Of a stretch of 64,000 bases of DNA, positions 58,101 through 64,000 are shown in pieces (the stretch's first letter is position 1; each line of letters opens with the position of its first letter). The notes below the pieces were generated by a model. That model did not search any database, was not told where the DNA came from, and worked only from the letters and a program-made list of their open reading frames with translations. The DNA comes from Candidatus Brennerbacteria bacterium (GTDB lineage: Bacteria > Patescibacteriota > Minisyncoccia > UBA6257 > GWB1-50-10), in contig JACPEK010000002.1 of assembly GCA_016183535.1 (NCBI GenBank), positions 1,382-65,381 on the forward strand, in the 5' to 3' direction. Position numbers and translations under genes: made by a program.

Positions 58101-59615
58101 GGACGCTCATATTCATATATCTTCCAAGCATTTGATCGCGACGGCATGGGATCCGCGACAAGCTCCGTTACGGTGGAAGCGCCGAGTTTTTTGAGCGCGC
58201 TCTATCTCTATCCCGATCCGTTTGCTACGAGCAGTCGTTATGTGATTGACCTCTACTATGATTCATATCCATTCATCCCGCATCGCTGGAGTTCGGGCGG
58301 CGCGTGGCGCCTGCCGCTGTTCTACTTGAACCGCGTTGCGCCGGGGAGTACGAGCACACACGTCTATGATCCTGAACCGATTTCCGCGGCGCTTGCCAAC
58401 GGCATCGTCGCGATGAAATTTCGCGACTGCGGTGGTCAACCGGACGAGGTGAATGTACGGGTGCGCCTGCCCGACACCGCCGCGCAGTGTGTATCCTCCG
58501 GCGCGGGCGTGGACGACATAGCCTTCTCACTATTGGAGGATCCCCACCTGCGGCTCACGCTCGCCTCGTCAAGCGACGCGCTTCCGCTTTCAACATCTGA
58601 TTATCTCACCGTCGCCTTCTATGATTATTCGACGCCCACCTTGGTATACGGTGGCGGCCGCGCGTTCTCGCTCGTCGCGACCGACACGAATCAATACCAT
58701 TTCAGTGTTTCCGCCCCCGCCTTCATCGCTCCGCACATTCCCGATTCGTTCACCGTAGAATTTGACGCCACAAGCTCGCGCCTCATCGCGCGATGGGCGA
58801 CCTCGACCGACGTAGACACTTTGGATAACCTTCTCACCTACGAAGTTGCATTTTCGACGAGTACCTCTCCCGCGGAGTCTGACTGGCAGTCTGCAGGGTC
58901 CCAGCCGCACGCGGATGTGGATGACCAGACGTTTATCTCCCATCGCTACCTGCGGCACGTGGCGCCGGGCGACGCATTCACCATAGGCGTGCGCGCGAAG
59001 GACGAATTTGGCGTAACCTCGACGCCGCGCACCGCGGCGTGGCAATATCAGGCCGCCACGGAGGTGTTTTTACAGGCAACGAGCACCGGGTGGAGTAACG
59101 TGTGGGGTCAAAAGGATTCGGGGCACCCGCAATATCCTGCTCGGGCATCCCTCCAAAGCATTGTTCCTGCGAGCGCGCTTATATTCGATGTTGCGACGAT
59201 ACGGGCGTGGGAAGAGGTAATAGGAAGAAGCGTGCTGACCACGCTCCGGCTCGGTGTGTTCGTGGATGACGGCGCGAACCGACCGCTCCTCACAAACAAA
59301 CTTGGCGAGGCCACGGTCGATCAACTTGGAAATTTCGCAACCTCCACCGATCTCGCGTTTGTGTTTACCTCTCCTATAACGCTTGCCACAAGTACAAAAT
59401 ATTGGTTTGCACTCGACGTGGGGAGCGTGAGCGACAACGCGGCATATTTTGAAAATCAGTGGCGGAACGCGATCGCGACCGGCGACCCCTATTCCGCGGG
59501 GCAGGCAGGGAGAGGCGCGGTGGAGGAATGCGCCAACAACGACTATTGCGGCACGAGTATTCCCTCGCCCTCGGCCGACGCGGATTGGTATCTGAAACTG
59601 TATTTGCGGCAGTAG
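55191..59615 (+). CDS. Large secreted protein: Zn-dependent phospholipase C/P1-nuclease-like domain, two lamin-tail domains, FN3-like repeats
   Basis: Signal peptide, THAALT, NHFYDP, GHALHLLQDMTVPDH; ITEIMYN...EWIEVRN and ISEV...EFIELYNP. Confidence 0.8.
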   Translation: MRRATVSLIVLAVTIGIVFPARALAYDQETTHAALTDEAVDFYNLLYPDEPLTAEQKEWIVEGSINEDEFPRWLNHFYDPIRKIGWNGEHQGIASAGATRAVAYATLVPIGGAVLPTTAWVHDHAMQAGPYANMGGDRTWEQALKYYVDGNKEEAYRTLGHALHLLQDMTVPDHSRNDSHAPLAGDDGSPLEDYLEKWNRGNIGELDLVGNLTAQNTRPPSFNKIEDYFTNTAEYSNKHFFSKDTIISDVYTFPEIVKDNGNFGYGIDENGNEFPLAGVDFITDESKKVSKIFLIGNKKEYYPILNAYFSRLAPKAVLYGAGVIELFEKQARDALEFKDIAPHATRLDLSRVTSLFSFSLGALGKNIVTGVASLPSLIGRVFSTAVGGVKNAASDVAAFTQNIISKIQNNPKRAAEIATESAEQIENLLAGDPTDGVVIDTEEERAQLKELQNQLDDIADQVDDFTYQVDKAAGNEGRGGAQETAGGADETEDAQKKTGSVDKSVDTKEKTNNTGSKKNISSGGGGGVAASAPNLAITEIMYNASGTDDGREWIEVRNDGASSASFDDVRFLEGGTNHRLVFARGAAALAAGAYAIITDDADRFIIDYPSFAGSLFDSSFSLSNDGETLALTFNGSTFHSVSYSSSTGAHGDGNSLQLIGAAWQAATPTPGVVNVAGSSGGGSSGEGSLSATSTATSSPPTSGFGASHVVISEVQVAGADAGDEFIELYNPTDQAVDMSGWSLQYAGGNTVVTSSTVSKKNFLATSSIVAKSFYLVGRGLDEAGGDGYRGSVVSDMAHRTFSLSGASAGAKLFLVPSSTLIESETDPIILDTLDYTSTTVVDAGQSFERRAWSNNLCHSAIAGGTGEFLGNGCDTGTFAEDFEIRAAANPQNSGSFKEPRTAPSVLQAPTGTTALAVYNRNAIAINFAWQASSDFEGATSTVTYRVTNASTSAIIFNTTSTSFSKQITEVGRSYSYIFQAFDRDGMGSATSSVTVEAPSFLSALYLYPDPFATSSRYVIDLYYDSYPFIPHRWSSGGAWRLPLFYLNRVAPGSTSTHVYDPEPISAALANGIVAMKFRDCGGQPDEVNVRVRLPDTAAQCVSSGAGVDDIAFSLLEDPHLRLTLASSSDALPLSTSDYLTVAFYDYSTPTLVYGGGRAFSLVATDTNQYHFSVSAPAFIAPHIPDSFTVEFDATSSRLIARWATSTDVDTLDNLLTYEVAFSTSTSPAESDWQSAGSQPHADVDDQTFISHRYLRHVAPGDAFTIGVRAKDEFGVTSTPRTAAWQYQAATEVFLQATSTGWSNVWGQKDSGHPQYPARASLQSIVPASALIFDVATIRAWEEVIGRSVLTTLRLGVFVDDGANRPLLTNKLGEATVDQLGNFATSTDLAFVFTSPITLATSTKYWFALDVGSVSDNAAYFENQWRNAIATGDPYSAGQAGRGAVEECANNDYCGTSIPSPSADADWYLKLYLRQ

Positions 59616-59634
59616 AATGCGCTATGATTTGCCC

Positions 59635-61020
59635 ATGACGCAAGAACAAGCGCTTTTGGTTTTAAAAAGCGGTGCCAATGTCTTTCTCACCGGCGAGCCG
59701 GGATCGGGAAAAACACACACCGTGACCCGCTACGTGGCCTATCTGCGGGAGTACGGTATCGAGCCCGCGATCACCGCCTCGACCGGCATCGCGGCGACGC
59801 ATGTAGGAGGCATGACCATTCACGCGTGGAGCGGCATCGGCGTGCGGAAATCGCTCTCGCGCGACGAGGCGGAATCTCTGGCGGACAACGATCGACTCGC
59901 CGCGCGGGTCGCGCGCGCCACGGTACTCATTATTGACGAAATCTCGATGCTCGACGCCGCGACGCTCTCTGCGGTGGACCTTGCGTGCCGCGCGCTCCGC
60001 CGACGCGAGTCGCCGTTCGGCGGTTTGCAGATCGTGCTCGTGGGGGATTTTTTCCAACTGCCGCCCGTCGCGCGCGAGGACGAGCCGCCGGCGCAATTTG
60101 CGTTCCATTCCTCCTCGTGGGAGGATGCAAACCTCTCCGTATGCTACCTCTCGGAGCAATACCGGCAAGACGACCCGGCCTTCCTTTCGTTCCTTGCAAC
60201 CCTGCGGCGTGGCGCGGCAAACCATGAAACGTCCGCGGCGCTCCGCGCGGGCGTAAAGGAGGGCGTCCGCGACGCGCACGACACACACCTTTACGCGCAC
60301 AACGTTGATGTCGATCGTATGAACGAGAATCATTTAACGGCGCTCCCCGGGGAATCCCATGCGTTTGTGATGGAATCGCACGGCGCAAAGGCGCTCGTCG
60401 AGCAATTGAAACGCGGGTGTCTTTCGCCCGAACGGCTCTCGCTTAAAACCAGTGCGCGCGTGCTCTTCACAAAAAATAATTTTGAAAATGGATTTGTGAA
60501 CGGCACGCTCGGCGAGGTGGAAGATTTTGCCGAGGATGGCTATCCGTTGGTGCGTACGCGCACGGGGCGCCTCATCCACGCGCTTCCCATGGAATGGTCC
60601 ATCATGGACGGTGCACGTGCGCTCGCCCGCATCCGGCAGGTGCCCTTGAAGCTCGCATGGGCGATTACCATGCATAAAAGTCAGGGGATGACGCTCGATG
60701 TCGCCACGGTGGACCTCTCTCGCGCGTTCGAGTACGGGCAGGGATACGTAGCGCTCTCCCGCGTGCGCTCTTTTGCGGGTCTCTCCCTCCTCGGCTGGAA
60801 TGAACGCGCGCTCGAAGTGCATCCCGACATTCTCGCGCGCGACGAAGATTTTCGGGCGCACGCGGCGCGTACCGCGGCCGCGCTTGCAGGGCGCGCACCC
60901 GCCGCACAAAATGGGCTCGAAAAAAAATTCATTACCGCGTGCGGCGGGAAAATGAAGAAATCAAACGCGGCGCGGAGGGGTAGGTGGCGTACGCGGAGAA
61001 AATTTTCTACCCGCGGCTAA
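59635..61020 (+). CDS. PIF1-family SF1B helicase
   Basis: TGEPGSGKT, IDEISM, GDFFQLPPV, LAWAITMHKSQG, YVALSR. Confidence 0.92.
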   Translation: MTQEQALLVLKSGANVFLTGEPGSGKTHTVTRYVAYLREYGIEPAITASTGIAATHVGGMTIHAWSGIGVRKSLSRDEAESLADNDRLAARVARATVLIIDEISMLDAATLSAVDLACRALRRRESPFGGLQIVLVGDFFQLPPVAREDEPPAQFAFHSSSWEDANLSVCYLSEQYRQDDPAFLSFLATLRRGAANHETSAALRAGVKEGVRDAHDTHLYAHNVDVDRMNENHLTALPGESHAFVMESHGAKALVEQLKRGCLSPERLSLKTSARVLFTKNNFENGFVNGTLGEVEDFAEDGYPLVRTRTGRLIHALPMEWSIMDGARALARIRQVPLKLAWAITMHKSQGMTLDVATVDLSRAFEYGQGYVALSRVRSFAGLSLLGWNERALEVHPDILARDEDFRAHAARTAAALAGRAPAAQNGLEKKFITACGGKMKKSNAARRGRWRTRRKFSTRG

Positions 61021-61071
61021 TCCCTACCTACGGCAAGGCACGTTTTTGTTTTTTTGGAGTACAATGAACGT

Positions 61072-61290
61072 ATGAGATTCTTCGTGCGCGTGAAGCCGAA
61101 CGCGAAGGAGGAGAAAGTGACGGGCGAGGGGACGAATTTTACGGTAGCGGTGAAAGCGCCGCCGCGCGAGGGCAAGGCAAACACGGCGGTCATCGCGGCG
61201 CTCGCCGCGCATTTCAACGTGCCAAAATCGCAGGTCAACATTGTTGCCGGCCACGTTGCACGCCACAAAGTCATTGAAATTTCTCCCTAG
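61072..61290 (+). CDS. DUF167/YggU-family protein
   Basis: VRVKPNA, APPREGKAN. Confidence 0.9.
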   Translation: MRFFVRVKPNAKEEKVTGEGTNFTVAVKAPPREGKANTAVIAALAAHFNVPKSQVNIVAGHVARHKVIEISP

Positions 61291-61330
61291 CACAACATTC
61301 CAACATTCTGCAGAATGTTGGAATGTTGTG
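61291..61330. repeat. AACATTC palindrome, copy 3 (40 bp, perfect)
   Basis: CACAACATTCCAACATTCTGCAGAATGTTGGAATGTTGTG. Confidence 0.9.
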
Positions 61331-61358
61331 GAAAAAGTCGGTGCGGTATAATGAAACT

Positions 61359-61625
61359 ATGAAAACGCCACAGCAACTGGAGCGATATTTCAAGGGGGCG
61401 GCGAACCATTGGCGTATCTCAATTTTGACCGCCGTCGGGAAACACAACGGCATTACGCTCGATGGAGTCGCGCGAGCGCTCGGCGGCAATTTCAAGACCG
61501 TTTCACAACATACCCGTCAGCTGGTGCGCGCGGGGCTTCTTAATAAGCGATATCAAGGACGCTGGGTCACTCATTCGCTTTCGCCCTACGGCCGCCGATT
61601 TCTCACCTTTATGAGAACATTCTAA
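61359..61625 (+). CDS. ArsR-family HTH regulator
   Basis: FKGAANHWRISIL, TVSQH...L.RAGL. Confidence 0.85.
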   Translation: MKTPQQLERYFKGAANHWRISILTAVGKHNGITLDGVARALGGNFKTVSQHTRQLVRAGLLNKRYQGRWVTHSLSPYGRRFLTFMRTF

Positions 61626-61649
61626 TATTCTGCAGAATGTTAGAATGTT
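61616..61649. repeat. AACATTC palindrome, copy 4 (contains the ArsR stop codon)
   Basis: AACATTCTAATATTCTGCAGAATGTTAGAATGTT. Confidence 0.85.
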
Positions 61650-61707
61650 GTAAGAAGGAAAAGAAAGCTTAACGATACGACGGTGCGGGGCGGTGTGTAT
61701 ACTTTCC

Positions 61708-62439
61708 ATGCTTCGCAAAGGAAAGAAAAAGAGCGAGCGCGACGTCGTGCTCGTGGCGGTTCTCAAAGATCCGCGCGATCTCCGCATCCTGCGGCGAAAG
61801 CGCTGGTATCGGATCCCGCTCGCGTTTCTGCCGAAGCGGAAGTTCCACTACCTCGCGTTTTATCAACCCGCGATCTTCGGAAAGAACGGAACGCGCATCG
61901 CATACTACGGGCGGGTGGCACGGCAGAGAGTCGCGGAACGCGTGAAACTCCTGCCGTGCGAAGTGAGCCACCCGCGGGCGCATCATTTATACGCACAGAT
62001 ATTTTTGAAGCGGATCGAAACGCTCCCGCGTCCGATACGGAATGTCGCGCCGCGCCGAGTCTCCTTTGGCTTCACCACGCTCGCGAAGCTCCGCACGGCC
62101 AAAAATCTCCTTGCGCTCTATGGGGTGCCGCCGACCGAAGACATTATGGCGCGCGCACTTCGGCGCGAAAATCTCCGCGCGCTCCGTGAATTCCCCGTTT
62201 CACTCGCGGGGAAACGTTTTCGGTTGGACTTCGCGGTGCTCGCGGGTGGGCGGCGGATCGCGATCGAGTGTGACAACGAAAAGGCGCATGCAAATAAAAT
62301 CCAACGACGCCGGGATCGGGCCAAAAACATTGTCCTCCGCCGCGCGGGTTGGCGCGTGATTCGTCTCGGGGAGCACGATATTACGGAGCACCTCGACGTG
62401 TGTATGGAAAGAATCCGCATCAACATAGAAAAGATATGA
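61708..62439 (+). CDS. DUF559/Vsr-like endonuclease domain protein
   Basis: WYRIP N-terminal domain; RLDFA, AIECD...H, RD...L..AGWRVIRL. Confidence 0.8.
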   Translation: MLRKGKKKSERDVVLVAVLKDPRDLRILRRKRWYRIPLAFLPKRKFHYLAFYQPAIFGKNGTRIAYYGRVARQRVAERVKLLPCEVSHPRAHHLYAQIFLKRIETLPRPIRNVAPRRVSFGFTTLAKLRTAKNLLALYGVPPTEDIMARALRRENLRALREFPVSLAGKRFRLDFAVLAGGRRIAIECDNEKAHANKIQRRRDRAKNIVLRRAGWRVIRLGEHDITEHLDVCMERIRINIEKI

Positions 62440-62654
62440 AATATGGAACGGACAACCCGCATCCGCCCCTGCGGAGCGAGATCAAGGTGGGCGACGCGGT
62501 GTGGGTCATAGAAAAAGCCAACTACGGCACGACGAACTACACGCAGGGCATCGTGGCGGCTATCCTCTCGCCCGGCGGTGTCCATCCGAGGGGCATCAAA
62601 GTGCGCCTCACCGACGGTATCATCGGCAGGGTGCAGTGGAAGATAGAGGGTTAG
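62436..62654 (+). CDS. YwbE-family protein
   Basis: TQGIV..IL....HPRGIKVRLTDGIIGRVQ. Confidence 0.88.
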   Translation: MKYGTDNPHPPLRSEIKVGDAVWVIEKANYGTTNYTQGIVAAILSPGGVHPRGIKVRLTDGIIGRVQWKIEG

Positions 62655-62674
62655 TTGTTTATAATAAAAGGAAG

Positions 62675-63394
62675 ATGAAGGCAATAGGGATAGATGTAGG
62701 CGGTTCGAAGATACGCGCGGTGCGGGTTCGGCTGGCTCACCGCGAGCGGTGGAACGGCACGAGGGTAGAGAAGCTCGTCGTCGCGAAAACTCCGCGGAGC
62801 GCCGCGGCGCTCACCAAGATTCTCCGGCGGATAATCGTGTCGCTTGAAGAACATGAAGCGTTTTCTGTGGGAATAGGATTTGCAGGCGTCGTTCAGGACC
62901 GGAAGATCGTTATGAGCCCCAATAACCGATTTTTAAAACACTATGATCCTTCGCGCGCGCTTGGTCGTGCGGTGACAATAGACAACGACGCGCGTGTGTT
63001 TGCCAGAGCTGAATATGCCATGGGTGCGGCGAAGGGAGCTCAACGCGCGCTCTTTCTTACATTCGGCACGGGTGTGGGTCGCGCGTACGGTATTGGAAGT
63101 GAGGTAAAGCGCGTGAAGCGATTCGAGTACCCGGAGCAATGGGAGAAACATTATCAACACGTGAAGGGTGTTGCGGCGCTCGCGCCGTTCCTTGCGGAAA
63201 AACTTCAGCCGCTCATCCGTGCATACCAGCCGGCAGTTATCGTCGCGGGCGGCGCAGTTGCCGAGAAAAAAGGATTTATTGCCGCGTTCCGTGCGGAATT
63301 AAAGAAGCGGGGGTTTAAAGACGTTGTTGCGGGCGCCAAGCTTGGCACGCTTGCGGGCGCGATCGGCGCGGCGATGACTGCACGTGCAAAATAA
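62675..63394 (+). CDS. ROK-family sugar kinase
   Basis: IGIDVGGSKI, DNDA, LTFGTGVG, AGAIGAA. Confidence 0.9.
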   Translation: MKAIGIDVGGSKIRAVRVRLAHRERWNGTRVEKLVVAKTPRSAAALTKILRRIIVSLEEHEAFSVGIGFAGVVQDRKIVMSPNNRFLKHYDPSRALGRAVTIDNDARVFARAEYAMGAAKGAQRALFLTFGTGVGRAYGIGSEVKRVKRFEYPEQWEKHYQHVKGVAALAPFLAEKLQPLIRAYQPAVIVAGGAVAEKKGFIAAFRAELKKRGFKDVVAGAKLGTLAGAIGAAMTARAK

Positions 63395-63429
63395 CATTCC
63401 AACATTCTGCAGAATGTTGGAATGTTGTG
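63393..63429. repeat. AACATTC palindrome, copy 5
   Basis: AACATTCCAACATTCTGCAGAATGTTGGAATGTTGTG overlapping the ROK stop codon. Confidence 0.9.
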
Positions 63430-63430
63430 A

Positions 63431-64000
63431 ATGATGAATAATAATAAAGTGGAAAAATTCTATTTTGGAGCTTCGTCGAGCGCTCACCAAGCGGAGGGAG
63501 GGCAGAGGAATGATTGGTCGGAATGGGAAATAAGAACCGCAACAGGCAAAGCGCACAACGCAAGGAACCGTCCGCCGACCGGCGGATGGCCGGCATACAT
63601 CCTCGAACGCCATCCCAATCCGCTCGAAGAGACAAATTACGTTGCGGGGCGTGCGGCGGATCACTGGCATCGCTATGAAGAGGATTTCGACCTCGCAAAA
63701 GAACTCGGCCACACCGCGCACCGCTTTTCGATCGAGTGGTCGCGCGTGGAGCCGGAAGAAGGCAGGTTCGACGAGCGCGCCCTCGCGCATTACCGCGACG
63801 TCGTCCGTGCCCTCCGCGCGCGTGGCATGGAGCCTTTCGTCACGCTGTGGCATTGGCCTTTACCGCTCTGGCTTGCGCGAAAGGGTGGATGGGAATCCTC
63901 CGCGGCTATCGGCGCTTTTGCAAAGTATGCGGGGCGCGTTGCGGCGTATCTTAAAGACGACGTGAAGTTCTGGATTCCACTCAACGAGCCGGAAATCTAT
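63431..64000 (+). CDS. Glycoside hydrolase family 1 (runs off the window end)
   Basis: FYFGASSSAHQAEGG, RFSIEWSRVEP, VTLWHW.LP, LNEP; absent from the ORF track because it has no stop in the window. Confidence 0.92.
   Translation, partial: MMNNNKVEKFYFGASSSAHQAEGGQRNDWSEWEIRTATGKAHNARNRPPTGGWPAYILERHPNPLEETNYVAGRAADHWHRYEEDFDLAKELGHTAHRFSIEWSRVEPEEGRFDERALAHYRDVVRALRARGMEPFVTLWHWPLPLWLARKGGWESSAAIGAFAKYAGRVAAYLKDDVKFWIPLNEPEIY

Noticed and set aside
12625-63429. AACATTC palindromes as CRISPR repeats
   Set aside because: Copies are dispersed, not regularly spaced with unique spacers, and no cas genes are present.

Overview
64 kb of a bacterial chromosome with hallmarks of Patescibacteria/CPR (Parcubacteria-like): no rpmD (L30) between rpsE and rplO, shortened ribosomal proteins and synthetases, split comEC, and many apparently leaderless genes. 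Positions 1-44 kb are mostly housekeeping: single-chain PheRS, recG, CCA enzyme, dnaG-rpoD-alaS, efp, mnmA, comEC, aspS, ndk, the str/S10/spc clusters, secY-adk-map, topA and dprA. Positions 44.4-64 kb are more accessory: Cys-repeat surface protein, a LexA-DNA methyltransferase fusion with an HNH endonuclease, a patchwork of small gene cassettes bracketed by duplicated intergenic segments and gene stubs, cfa, a large PLC/P1-nuclease-lamin-tail protein, a PIF1 helicase and a GH1. The most striking observation is a tRNA gene (probably Val-GAC) interrupted in its anticodon loop by a 155-nt, highly base-paired insertion that itself contains a complete tRNA-Ala(TGC) gene. The insertion belongs to a twin-hairpin element family with two more copies in the window. 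Other short palindromic repeat families sit between genes and in frame inside core genes. Not in the ORF track: a 6S-like ncRNA, a frameshifted short rpmB and several small ORFs. All calls were made by eye without database searches.
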